Positions 31,906 to 42,172 of a stretch of 64,000 nucleotides of DNA are shown piece after piece. The notes under the pieces are model-generated. The model ran no database searches. It was not told where the DNA came from and worked only from the letters and a program-made list of their open reading frames with translations. A program made the position numbers and the translations under genes. The stretch spans positions 256,001 to 320,000 of the forward strand of contig JAEOUA010000010.1 in assembly GCA_016839555.1 (NCBI GenBank). The letters are read 5' to 3'. The first letter of the stretch is position 1. Every line of letters starts with the position of its first letter. The stretch is from Promethearchaeota archaeon (lineage in GTDB: Archaea > Asgardarchaeota > Lokiarchaeia > Sigyniarchaeales > SOKP01).

Positions 31906-33186
31906 TTAGATATTCTCCTCATTTTCTACTAAGATGTCTTTGATTGTTAAATTTTTACCGCAGTAAGGAGCTAATTCATTAAAGAATTCTGTGGGATCGG
32001 GGAAGGTTTCTTCCGGTGTTAAAAGCCCCTTTTTGGAAACCTTTCCTTCGAGTAGCATGCGGGCACCTATAGCTAGAGATACTCCTGTTCTACCCGCCAT
32101 TTCACCATATGGTTCACGAAGCAACGCAACTCCCACTTTTTTTCTCTTTCCGTTTCGCGTGCCAATGGCGATTACAGATTCCGTGGGGGGTCCTCCATAA
32201 AATTCTTTTAATAATTCACGATTCTTTCCGGTTAAAGCGGATTCCTCTATTTTAGCTAAGGCATTATTTAACTTAAAAGCAGCTTCCTCGAAACTAAGCT
32301 CTTTATTTTTGATTTTATCACAATATTGACGGAGAATTTCTGTTGCGGACTCACCTAATCGCATTAAATTTGATACATTATTTGTTTTTATAGTTCTATA
32401 GAGGGTTACAGGTTCGGGATGACCTATATGACAAGCATATACATCTTTATAGCCAGGAAATGCGAATCTTTCGGCAGGGGTAAGGGCCTCGATTTTAATT
32501 AATTTACCATCTTTATAGGTGGGTATATTACCAAAACTTTGATTCAATAAATGCATAATAGCAGCATTGGGTTTATTTGGTATATTAAGGCCACCGTATA
32601 CTCCTTTCTGTAATCCTAATTTTTTACGCAATTCTTCTGGTTTAACATAATATTTAGGTTTTCTTCCTTCTTTTCTATTAATATAATAACCCCACGAGGT
32701 AATAATTTCATCTATAGTATCTAATTTTGAACAAGCTCTAACAGCAAGAAGATTTAGGATACCCGGGCTAGCTCCCATTCCAATAAGTGCTGTAATACCT
32801 GCATTTTTTACTTTATCACCTAATTTGAGCGCATCTAATGTTGGTTTAGCATCATCACAAAGGTCAATGATTGATTTTTTCGCTTTTATCGCTGCTTCTA
32901 AAATGGGAATTTCAAATTTGGAAAAAGGACCAACACAGTTAGTAATAAAATCATGTTCTGACATAATTGAAAGTAATTTTTCTGTGTCTAATACATCTAA
33001 TTGGATTGCAGATAATTTAGGAGAATCAACCAAATCAACAAAATTAGAAGCAAGATCATAATTTATGTCTGCTACGGTTATTGATGATATCTGAGCCGAT
33101 TCCAGTAAAATAGCTACGGCCATTCTTCCCATATCTCCTGCTCCTCCTAAAGCTAAGATTTTCATTTTTTCTTTCAACATTATCAA
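31906..33186 (-). CDS. Saccharopine dehydrogenase/lysine 6-dehydrogenase-like NAD(P)-dependent oxidoreductase
   Basis: LGGAGDMG Rossmann motif, NCVGPF, GMGASPG, GHPEPVTL. Confidence 0.85.
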   Translation of the reverse strand: MIMLKEKMKILALGGAGDMGRMAVAILLESAQISSITVADINYDLASNFVDLVDSPKLSAIQLDVLDTEKLLSIMSEHDFITNCVGPFSKFEIPILEAAIKAKKSIIDLCDDAKPTLDALKLGDKVKNAGITALIGMGASPGILNLLAVRACSKLDTIDEIITSWGYYINRKEGRKPKYYVKPEELRKKLGLQKGVYGGLNIPNKPNAAIMHLLNQSFGNIPTYKDGKLIKIEALTPAERFAFPGYKDVYACHIGHPEPVTLYRTIKTNNVSNLMRLGESATEILRQYCDKIKNKELSFEEAAFKLNNALAKIEESALTGKNRELLKEFYGGPPTESVIAIGTRNGKRKKVGVALLREPYGEMAGRTGVSLAIGARMLLEGKVSKKGLLTPEETFPDPTEFFNELAPYCGKNLTIKDILVENEENI

Positions 33187-33467
33187 TTTTGATATTCAAA
33201 TTGATTAAATAATAATTAAATCGAAGATAATAAAATAATTTTCTTTTAGTAACTTTTGCTATAGAGTGAATCAGGCTAAAATAAAGGAGAAAGAGAAACA
33301 TGTATTTATATATCATCAAAAATTTGCTAAAAGGCTATGGTCTTTGAAAGAGCGTTTTGCTTCAGATTTTGAAAAGATTAAATATTCTTACCAAACTCTT
33401 TCATATTTGAGATTTATAATATATAGTTAAAAATTAAATTAAAAAAACTATAAGATGTTAAGATTTT

Positions 33468-33764
33468 TTAATATTGATCTTTAGTTTTTTTAAGTAAATA
33501 GATGACTGCAGTTCCTATTATTATAGTTAATGCTATAATTGGAATGCCATTGATGCTACTCACTTTTCCGCCATTACCATCATTATCGTCATCTCCATTA
33601 GAATCTGGCAATAGGGCGCTTGAGATGGTGATATTATAATACAGATTAATTTCATAGGGATAAACAAATATATAATAAGCACCAGCAGTGTTACTATTAT
33701 AAACAATCTGATCTTGAAAATAAAAGCAATTAAAACTACTAAAGAACTTAATACTAATAGTTTT
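33468..33764 (-). pseudogene. 3' remnant of a surface-anchored protein (beta-domain end + D/N/G linker + CTERM-like TM anchor)
   Basis: Stop-to-stop frame with no ATG: ...NTAGAYYIFVYPYEINLYYNITISS ALLPDSNGDDDNDGNGGKVSS INGIPIIALTIIIGTAVIYLLKKTKDQY*. Confidence 0.55.
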
Positions 33765-33868
33765 TTAAATTAATTAATAAGTTTGGATAAGATATTTATA
33801 TTGCTTAATTTAATATTTATAAAACAAAATCATATTAAATCTGATTAAAAAATAATAGATGAATAAAA

Positions 33869-35149
33869 ATGAGTGAAAAACTTCCACGAAATATTGCGGT
33901 AAGCGTTGGCTTATTATCTTTAGCTGGACAAATTGCTTGGGCTGTTGAAAATCAATTTTATAATGATTTCATAGATGAAGCACTTGTAAGTTTAGGAGCT
34001 CCTACATTGGTACCCCTTGCAATAACATTAATGGTCAATATTACAACTACAGTCGGTACTATCGCAGCAATCATAATGGGATCTTATAGTGATGTGAAAG
34101 GAAAAAGAAAACCACTACTCCTTTATGGGTTTATTTTTTGGGCAATAACAACAGCAATTTTTCCGCTATCAGCATTTTTTGGCTTTATAGGAGTGTATTT
34201 TGTTATATTTATTGCTATTTTATTCGATTCAATTATGACATTCTTTGGATCGACCACCTTGAATGCGGGGTTTAACGCATATGTAACCGATGTTACAACC
34301 TTAAAAAATCGAAGTAAAGCGATGAGTATTGCTCAAATTACCACCCTCGCGGCATTATTGATTGTTTATGGGGCTCTAGGAATTCTCATAGAGGTTATTG
34401 GTTATTATAATTTTTTTATCTTTGTAGGATTCCTAACAGGATTAATAGGTCTACTAGGAGTATATAAGACAAAAGAGCCTCAAGAACTTGAACCAATGAA
34501 TATTACTGTTATTGAACACATAAAAAATACGTTTGAAAAGAAGTCGACAGTGGATTACAAAAATTTCTTCTTAGTTCTTATAGTAATTTGTTCTTGGCAA
34601 ATAGCTTTGAATATTATGTTTCCATATTTAATAATATATCTTAAATATACTATGGGAAGCCGGACTTCAGCATTAATTATATTATTTATAGCACTTTTGG
34701 TTGCAATAATTCTTTCATACCCGCTCGGAAAAATTACGAATAAACTCGGGAGGAAAAAAATGACGTTAATTTCAACTCTTCTGTTTAGCTTAGGATTATT
34801 TTTAGTTGGAATATGTCAGTCATTAATCCCTCTTTTAATTTCTGGAATCTTTGCATTTGTTTTTTACACAGCGCTGTCTATAGCAACTTTCACTTGGGTA
34901 AAAGATTTATATCCACCAGAGGGAAGAGGACAATTTAGCGGATACTGGAATCTCTTTTCTGGTACCATTCCAATGATCATCGGGCCTATAATTGGAGGCT
35001 TTTTAGTGAGTATATTTGGAACACTAAGAGTAGAAGAAATTGGACGAACGGTATTAGTTCCACCAGACATGATATTCTATGCAGCAGCATTATTCGCGTT
35101 AATAACATTAATCCCATTGATATTTGCAAAAGAAATAAAAACTGAATAG
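33869..35149 (+). CDS. MFS transporter
   Basis: MGSYSDVKGKRKP and LGKITNKLGRKK MFS loop motifs, 12 TM. Confidence 0.88.
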   Translation: MSEKLPRNIAVSVGLLSLAGQIAWAVENQFYNDFIDEALVSLGAPTLVPLAITLMVNITTTVGTIAAIIMGSYSDVKGKRKPLLLYGFIFWAITTAIFPLSAFFGFIGVYFVIFIAILFDSIMTFFGSTTLNAGFNAYVTDVTTLKNRSKAMSIAQITTLAALLIVYGALGILIEVIGYYNFFIFVGFLTGLIGLLGVYKTKEPQELEPMNITVIEHIKNTFEKKSTVDYKNFFLVLIVICSWQIALNIMFPYLIIYLKYTMGSRTSALIILFIALLVAIILSYPLGKITNKLGRKKMTLISTLLFSLGLFLVGICQSLIPLLISGIFAFVFYTALSIATFTWVKDLYPPEGRGQFSGYWNLFSGTIPMIIGPIIGGFLVSIFGTLRVEEIGRTVLVPPDMIFYAAALFALITLIPLIFAKEIKTE

Positions 35150-35214
35150 AAAATAGCTGGAATTTACACCTAGAAGGACTAAAGTTAGAAGATATTAAAT
35201 AATTCAAAATTAGA

Positions 35215-36444
35215 TTAATTTTTCTTACTTGGTACTTTTGGTAATTCTCTCTTTTTTTTTTCTTGGGAAGAGGTTTCCTCTTTAGGTACATTATTCTGTG
35301 TAGCTTCACTATCAGAATGTTTTAAGATTTCGATTGCATCAATACATTTTTCCTTTTCATTGAAATAAATTCTAAAGAGGTGGTTTTTTAAGGAAATCAT
35401 TTCTTTGGGAATTTTTTCAACCAAAGCCCATTGTTGTTCCTCTTGCTGCTCACCAAATACTTCTGCTTTTTTAGAAACGGTTCCGTAAAGATTTTGACCA
35501 ACAATTAAATTTTGCCTCTTATAATTCTTGGGAGGTGCTATTTCTAATATTCTGTCTTTTATTGGTTTATCATTATCGGGTAAATTAATCGTAGTTCTTT
35601 CAATTTCTGATTTTTTAATTGAATTATTTTCATATTTTAATATTTCTATTCCTTCAATTATTCCTTTATTATTATAAAAATAGATTCTAACGCGATAATT
35701 TTTTAATTCATAAATACCTTCTGGGAGTTTAGATACTTTTTCCCATATTGTTTCTTCAATACGTTGACCAAATACATTTGTTACTTTAAGTATTTCGCCA
35801 TAAAGATCTTGATTTATTATAAGATTTTGTCGCTGATATCCCTCAGGCAGTTTTAATTTTACTATTTTATCTATTATTTGTTTTGGATTAATTCTTAAGG
35901 GTCTCTTATAACCTCGTGGTCTCTCACTTTGATATGTAGTTATTGGGGTAATCCCTTTTCCAGATCTTTTTAATTCTTCCAGTGCAGGGGAATAATATTC
36001 TTCTGTTTCTGCTGAAATTGTACTCTCTGAACTTTCTACTACTCTTCCCATTAAGTTAGAGGGAGCTTTATCAATATTTCTTACATAATGCATATCTGCA
36101 AGTTTCTCAGTAACTTCCATTGATTCTAAATTAAAAGATTTTAAAAATTCCTCTGGTTCATCTCCTTGATCTACTGAAACTATTTTACACCGATGAAAGG
36201 CGGCCTCTTTGACAAGTTCATCCTGGATTTTAGATGCCACACGCGAACTTATGAATCTTTTCCTTACAGGTGATTTCGCTCCTTTCCAAATATAAATCCT
36301 TCTTATTTCCTCTTTTACAATAACGAAAACCTGCTCAGGATCTAGGATATTCTGAAGATCTGGCTCGTCTGTATCCAATCGCTGTCTCTCTCCATTTGGT
36401 AATAATTCAAAAACCATGAAATTCTCATATTCAGATTGCGTCAT
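35215..36444 (-). CDS. Asgard gelsolin-domain protein with two tandem ~80-aa C-terminal repeats
   Basis: LDPEQVFVIV...IYIWKGAKS...VDQGDEPEEF gelsolin signature; internal repeat P.xY.RQNLI..Q.LYG...VFG...W..V.K.P...LKN...RIYF...I..IEILK occurs twice. Confidence 0.85.
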   Translation of the reverse strand: MTQSEYENFMVFELLPNGERQRLDTDEPDLQNILDPEQVFVIVKEEIRRIYIWKGAKSPVRKRFISSRVASKIQDELVKEAAFHRCKIVSVDQGDEPEEFLKSFNLESMEVTEKLADMHYVRNIDKAPSNLMGRVVESSESTISAETEEYYSPALEELKRSGKGITPITTYQSERPRGYKRPLRINPKQIIDKIVKLKLPEGYQRQNLIINQDLYGEILKVTNVFGQRIEETIWEKVSKLPEGIYELKNYRVRIYFYNNKGIIEGIEILKYENNSIKKSEIERTTINLPDNDKPIKDRILEIAPPKNYKRQNLIVGQNLYGTVSKKAEVFGEQQEEQQWALVEKIPKEMISLKNHLFRIYFNEKEKCIDAIEILKHSDSEATQNNVPKEETSSQEKKKRELPKVPSKKN

Positions 36445-36579
36445 ATTTAGATTGAGTCAGTTATTTTTTTCTTCAAAATTAATATTAAAATACGATTATA
36501 AAAGTTTTATTAAATCAGAATGACCATAAATTATAGAAAGAAATCTTTTAATTAATAAAATGCTTTAATTAATATAATT

Positions 36580-37380
36580 ATGTCTAAGATTGTCGATCTA
36601 CTAAAACTTAAAGACTATATAACTCTTACTGGAACTACCCTCGGGTTAATTACAGTAATAATAGTAACTCTCGGCGGGAGGACCTTAGTCTCCTTGGGTT
36701 TTTTCCTATTAGCATTTACATTTGGTACAGATTTGCTTGATGGGTATGTGGCTCGAAAAACGGGAACTGTAAATGAAATTGGAAAGGAATTAGACTCCTT
36801 AAACGATTCTTTAACATTTGGTATCGCACCTTCAGTATTAACATTTCAAGCTTTCAAGATAGGGACTATCTACGATTATTTTTTAATTTTTGCTTGTGTG
36901 CTTTTCGCATTGGGGGCAATATTGCGATTAGCAAGATTTAATATATCCAAGATAAAAGGATATACCGGTATACCAACACCGTTAAGTGGACTCGCGATTT
37001 TAGCTTTTTTTTATGCTAATTATTTTTTTGCTGTAGCGACTAGTGAAATAGGAGGAACTTTAGATTTTCCCTTCTTTTCAAACATACTAATTATTATCAT
37101 TATGATTTTTTTGGCTTGGTCTAATATAACACTTCATATTGTTTTTGAGAAAGAAAAGGATAAAAAGGTTTATTTTACCTTTTTGATTTTCGCTCCTTTA
37201 TGCCCGGTTTTCGCGATAATTGGTATCTTAAATCCTGATTTTATTATTGCTTCAATAGTGAGTATCCTCTTTTTTGTGTTTGAGTCTCTCATAATAGGAT
37301 ATATTCTTATTAGTTTCATTAGAACACAATTAAAAAAAGCTAAGAAAGCTGAAATTCAAGATTCAGTATCAGAAATTTAA
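36580..37380 (+). CDS. pssA: CDP-alcohol phosphatidyltransferase, archaetidylserine/phosphatidylserine synthase-like
   Basis: DLLDGYVAR...GKELDSLNDSLTFGIAP; LRLARFN; YTGIPTP. Confidence 0.8.
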   Translation: MSKIVDLLKLKDYITLTGTTLGLITVIIVTLGGRTLVSLGFFLLAFTFGTDLLDGYVARKTGTVNEIGKELDSLNDSLTFGIAPSVLTFQAFKIGTIYDYFLIFACVLFALGAILRLARFNISKIKGYTGIPTPLSGLAILAFFYANYFFAVATSEIGGTLDFPFFSNILIIIIMIFLAWSNITLHIVFEKEKDKKVYFTFLIFAPLCPVFAIIGILNPDFIIASIVSILFFVFESLIIGYILISFIRTQLKKAKKAEIQDSVSEI

Positions 37381-37564
37381 TTAAGATCTTCTTTTTTTCA
37401 ATAAAAATATGAAATCTAATATTTATAGATCTTTTTATTAGAATTACTAAGATTTAAAACATCTTTCTTTAATTGTTACCTCTATATCTAATATTAGCAA
37501 TCATGGTTTTTCAACTAAAAGCAAAAATATTTAAAAGAAAATAATTCTTAAATTAATAATGAAA

Positions 37565-37592
37565 TTCATTTTTTTCATCTGAAAAAAGTGAA
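37565..37592. promoter_or_regulatory. 13-bp inverted repeat upstream of 37622
   Basis: TTCATTTTTTTCA-TC-TGAAAAAAGTGAA, one mismatch. Confidence 0.3.
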
Positions 37593-37621
37593 AACCCTTT
37601 CTATTTTTAGCGGCGAAATCT

Positions 37622-38599
37622 ATGCAAGATTATAATAATATTCTCAATGATTTAAATAAAGTATTTATCCCATGTAGAACAGTTTTAGAGATGGAGGCAC
37701 TTATATCTGTCTATTTGATAGATCATAATTATGAGCATATTAAAGAAGTTCCTCAATCTCGACCATCAAGTGAAAATTTGATTAATATTTTAGGTATAAC
37801 AGACAACGCTTTATATATGGATATCATCGAACATTTTATTAATTATGCCATTCCGAAGCTAAAACCAATTGTAACTTATGCTAGAGATAATTATGATAGA
37901 ATTCGCATGGGAAATATTATTCCTTATTCGAAAGCTCGTGTATGTGTATATCTTGCATTACATCAATTAAAATTAAAATTTCTAATAATTAAAAGCATTA
38001 TGGATAAATTTAAAGAAAAGATCATCTCTGATACAGAATCTATTTCAAATAAAAAAGAGGATAAATCAAATTCATATCTCTTAATGTTTGCTGAAGAATA
38101 TTATCTTAAAAACAAAATGAACTTAATTATCATGTTCCCAAAGAGTAAAGCTTCTGAGAGAGTTAAAAAACTACTAAATAATCAAGATTCAATTACCGGA
38201 GAAAAATTACTTGATATGGCGAGCTCTCGGGAGTTTTTCGACAAAGAAAATATAATTAAATTTATCATGAGAGAAATAAAAGCATCAGTATTTGTATGTA
38301 AATTAATGTTTGCAAAGATGGATCTTTCTAATCCTTTTTCTAGAAATGAAGAAACTATGATTGATGCAGAAAATATTATGCTCAGTAATGATTTTATTCC
38401 AGAATTAATCCCTGCAAGCTGTAAGAATTTAGATAAGGGAAATATTAAGCAATTTAACAGCTGCATAAATGCATTTAATTTTTTATTGGAGAAAGTACTC
38501 GTAGGAATTAATAGAGCTATAGATATTGCTTCTCGAGGTCAAATTCAAATAGGACTATATGAACCGATCTATTATACTGGAAATATTTTGTCAATATGA
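37622..38599 (+). CDS. Hypothetical helical protein
   Basis: 325-aa ORF with no recognisable motif. Confidence 0.7.
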   Translation: MQDYNNILNDLNKVFIPCRTVLEMEALISVYLIDHNYEHIKEVPQSRPSSENLINILGITDNALYMDIIEHFINYAIPKLKPIVTYARDNYDRIRMGNIIPYSKARVCVYLALHQLKLKFLIIKSIMDKFKEKIISDTESISNKKEDKSNSYLLMFAEEYYLKNKMNLIIMFPKSKASERVKKLLNNQDSITGEKLLDMASSREFFDKENIIKFIMREIKASVFVCKLMFAKMDLSNPFSRNEETMIDAENIMLSNDFIPELIPASCKNLDKGNIKQFNSCINAFNFLLEKVLVGINRAIDIASRGQIQIGLYEPIYYTGNILSI

Positions 38600-38630
38600 A
38601 TTCTTAAAATTATATTAATAAGAATTTTAG

Positions 38631-40478
38631 TTATAAGAGCTTTTCTTTCCATATTCCAATATTTTCAATAATTTCCTCAATATCTTGCTGACTCAGTTTT
38701 GCTTTCTGTTTTTGAAAACGATCAATAAATTCACGTATATGATGGAGTGTTACAGAAAAACCCCGTTTTTCCAACACTAGGTCTGCAATTTTATCTAAGC
38801 CTTCTGCAAATTCGATTCCTGTGAATTCAGATAGCTTCTTTATAAAATCATTAAAAGTATTATTTAAGAGTATTCCTACTTCAGTTAATTGATCTTCATT
38901 TAGAGGAGTAGGTATCCTGATTTCTCTTTTCTCTGGCATTTCGCGTTTTTGTATTTCTGGTTGAATGGATTTCTTAAGGATTTGCGATTGAGGTTCTTTA
39001 GATGGAGGTATAATTTCTTTCTCTTTTATACCTGCTTTACCAAATTCACCTTCGGCAAGATTCCATAAATTATTAAAAGCTTTATAGATTGTATCTATAA
39101 TTTTGTGATTATTTGTACCAATACCAATAAAATTACTTAATTCATCCTCTATTTCAGGTTTTAATATTCCTAATGCTACACAATTTTTATCAGATCCAAC
39201 ACCAATAAATTGCTCATTTTCGAGATTTCGAAATTCTAAGCCATTTATTTGCTTAAATTGCCTTACTTTACTATTTACATGTGGATCTGAGGAAATCAAT
39301 CGAATTCTAAGATTTTTTGAAGCCTCACTGAATACTTCAACTGGTAAAAAATCTTTTAATTTTGGAACTATTATAAATAATTGATCTTCAGAATTTTGAA
39401 CTGCAGCAATTATTTCCTCATTAATTCGAGTAGCACTATGAATCACCCATACTTCTTTTGTTTTAAGCATCTCTGGCTTATAGATTGATTCCATAAAGTC
39501 AGAAAGCACCTTCATAACAGGTTTATTTAAACTTGAAATTTGATCAAGGGATGACCCTACAATGTTAGAAATATTTTCAAAAATTGTTTTTTCTAAATTT
39601 TTTAAATTTGGGTTAAAATTTTCATTCTTTTCTTTTATTAAATTAGAAAGATCATTTATTTTTTTTTCGAAGTTATAAATTAAATCCAGTAAGATTGTTT
39701 TAAAATCATTTTTATTTTGAATAATGGTATTTATATAGGGATCTAAAGCAAATTTATCAAATTCTTGTTTAATGAGTCCTTCAACAGAAATTAGAAAATT
39801 ATGTTTCACTTCATCTAATTCTGTTTTGAACATTTCCTCAATTATTGTGATGACTAATTCTTTATCTTTTTCTTTTTTCATTTCTAAAGTTTCTATTCGT
39901 TCTGTTATCTTCTTCTTCAAATTAGAGATATTTTCTATGAGATCAGAGAAATGAGTCTTAGTTATTTTATTTATACTTTGATGAAGGTTATCTACTTGAG
40001 GTTTAATCTTTGTAATAGTTTCAAAACTTTCAGCAATATCTTCAGCATCTTTTCTCTCTAATAAAGTAGTTTCTTCAAAATCTTTAAAAATAGTTTTAAT
40101 TTGTTGTTCAAGATCTTTTAAATTGATTTTGGTATTTTGTTGAAAAGTTATTTCTAATGAATTTTTTATTAATTTTTGAATTTGATCTTGGATTCGAGTG
40201 AAATTTTTGCCAATATTATTAAAGTAAGATACTATTGGTGAGAAAGGAGGTATTGCTAAATATTCTGTACCAAGAGTAATATCTTTGTTTTCATTTTTAA
40301 TTACTAAATTGATATTTACAAGTTCATTAAGATATTGAGAAAATTGTTCATCACTAATTTCAGGCATAATCGATCGCAATTCATAATACGTTAAAAAAGA
40401 GTAGGGAAGTGCTTCTGAATAAATTTTAATTGCCCCATCAGATAATTTCAATTGAGATAAAAATTTTTTAAGAGACAT
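38631..40478 (-). CDS. TrmB-like wHTH + long coiled coil + TrmB/PLD-like domain protein
   Basis: N-terminal 'LKLSDGAIKIY...LNELVNINLV...YLAIPPF'; ~250-aa heptad-rich middle; 'VWVIHS...NSEDQLFIIVP...IRLIS...FNNLWN'. Confidence 0.55.
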   Translation of the reverse strand: MSLKKFLSQLKLSDGAIKIYSEALPYSFLTYYELRSIMPEISDEQFSQYLNELVNINLVIKNENKDITLGTEYLAIPPFSPIVSYFNNIGKNFTRIQDQIQKLIKNSLEITFQQNTKINLKDLEQQIKTIFKDFEETTLLERKDAEDIAESFETITKIKPQVDNLHQSINKITKTHFSDLIENISNLKKKITERIETLEMKKEKDKELVITIIEEMFKTELDEVKHNFLISVEGLIKQEFDKFALDPYINTIIQNKNDFKTILLDLIYNFEKKINDLSNLIKEKNENFNPNLKNLEKTIFENISNIVGSSLDQISSLNKPVMKVLSDFMESIYKPEMLKTKEVWVIHSATRINEEIIAAVQNSEDQLFIIVPKLKDFLPVEVFSEASKNLRIRLISSDPHVNSKVRQFKQINGLEFRNLENEQFIGVGSDKNCVALGILKPEIEDELSNFIGIGTNNHKIIDTIYKAFNNLWNLAEGEFGKAGIKEKEIIPPSKEPQSQILKKSIQPEIQKREMPEKREIRIPTPLNEDQLTEVGILLNNTFNDFIKKLSEFTGIEFAEGLDKIADLVLEKRGFSVTLHHIREFIDRFQKQKAKLSQQDIEEIIENIGIWKEKLL

Positions 40479-40734
40479 GTTATGAAGTTATAATTTTTAA
40501 GTTTATTATATAAAGATATTATAGTTATGAATTTATAATTATTAACTTTACTATATAAAAAGTTATTATTAAAGGATTGTATTTTGTTTTATAAGATATG
40601 ATATATTACGAAATAATTAAAAATAAATAAGAATTTAATCTCATTCTATACAAAGAATATATTAAAGATATATCTTATATATCATATCTTTTAAATTTGA
40701 AAAAAATTCTTGATTTTATGGACAAATTATTATT

Positions 40735-42018
40735 ATGGCTTTAAATAACGATAATTTACTGGAGTCTACTGAGGAGATTATATTTTACTTAGACTTATCA
40801 ACTGATTTTCTTAAAAAAAAACGTTTAATAAGTGGATTAGGAATATTTATAGAGGAAAACGAGAAGTCTGAGAAAACCAGTCTTTATGGATTAGTTCTTT
40901 TCAAACGGGATAAAGAATTATTTACTATTTATAATCAAAAACCAGAAATTATATTTGAGACAATTAAAGAAATATGGGATGAACGAGAAAAAGATTTTAA
41001 TTATTTCGAAAATGGGTTGTATGAAATTTTAGCTTATGTTTTTCAGAAAAGCAGGAAGTTCCGTAAAACCTATCGTATAATTATAATCTCTGATTCTCCA
41101 AGTGATTTATCCGAAGAATATAATACAGCTCTTTATGATTTAATTTTAAAGGCAAAAAATTTTTATACTTATATTGATATTATTCGCGTTGGAGATCAGA
41201 AGTTCTATAAAGATGATGTTAAATTAAAAGTAATAACTAGTGAAACATTTGGAGGGACTCTTTATTGTCGTGATGAAAAGCATTTGAAAAGATATTTAAG
41301 TTCAATAGTCAGAAGTAGAGAAGAATATTCCTATGATTCTTCTTATAAAGAGAAAATATCTCCTAAAGATTACGCGTTTTTTGAGCGATTAGCCACAGAT
41401 TTAATAAGTTTAACTTCCTTGGATTATAAAACTTGTTTTTTCTGTAAAGAGTTCATTTGTGAAATATGTAATGATCCACTTGATGAACTTCATAAGTGTT
41501 TTAATTGCAACACATCTTTCCATACTTGTTGTATTGCTCAATATTCAGTTGAGAATAATATAGGAATACCCTATATTTTCCGTTGTCCTAAATGTGAAGC
41601 TCTTTTAAAATTAGATAAAAGTTTGATTCAATCAATTAATAAAGAAGAAAATTCAATAAATGCTCCAGAACCTTTAAAGGAATATACAGAATCTTTATCA
41701 AATCAATTAAGGGAAGAAGAGGTTCAAAAACCAGTAGAAATTCATGCTGAAGGAAAAAAATCAAAAGAAACTATAATAAGGATCGGTGGCTATTTTGGAC
41801 CTCAAATAAAAATAAATACAAATAAAACTTCAGATAATGAAATAAATTCTCAAGCAGATATTAATCCTAGTAATATAAAACCAGAAAAAAGTGAAAAAAT
41901 CTCAATAACATCTCTAAACCCTCCAAAATCTAGATGCATTATAAAATTTTGTCCTATATGCGGGACAAATGTGAAAGATGCTCCTATTTGTCCTTATTGT
42001 GGTTCAAAACTTGAATAA
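40735..42018 (+). CDS. vWA domain + RING/PHD-like zinc finger + C-terminal double zinc ribbon
   Basis: IIFYLDLS, RIIIISDSP, IDIIRVG, TFGGTLY (vWA); CFFC-CEIC-CFNC-FHTCC-CPKC; CPICG...CPYCG. Confidence 0.7.
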   Translation: MALNNDNLLESTEEIIFYLDLSTDFLKKKRLISGLGIFIEENEKSEKTSLYGLVLFKRDKELFTIYNQKPEIIFETIKEIWDEREKDFNYFENGLYEILAYVFQKSRKFRKTYRIIIISDSPSDLSEEYNTALYDLILKAKNFYTYIDIIRVGDQKFYKDDVKLKVITSETFGGTLYCRDEKHLKRYLSSIVRSREEYSYDSSYKEKISPKDYAFFERLATDLISLTSLDYKTCFFCKEFICEICNDPLDELHKCFNCNTSFHTCCIAQYSVENNIGIPYIFRCPKCEALLKLDKSLIQSINKEENSINAPEPLKEYTESLSNQLREEEVQKPVEIHAEGKKSKETIIRIGGYFGPQIKINTNKTSDNEINSQADINPSNIKPEKSEKISITSLNPPKSRCIIKFCPICGTNVKDAPICPYCGSKLE

Positions 42019-42172
42019 ATCCTTAATCAATTGTAATAATTAGCATTATTTTTATAGGCTGAATTAAATTTTAGATTATTTTTGTAATTTTAGCAAATTT
42101 TCAAAATATAAACAAATTCTTTTTAAATTTTCAAAATAAAATCAAAACAAAAAGCATAAAAAAGGATTAATT

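Noticed and set aside
33266-33430. GTG-started ~54-aa ORF (MNQAKIKEKEKHVF...) on the + strand
   Set aside because: No motif or homology evidence; could be chance or a decayed fragment.
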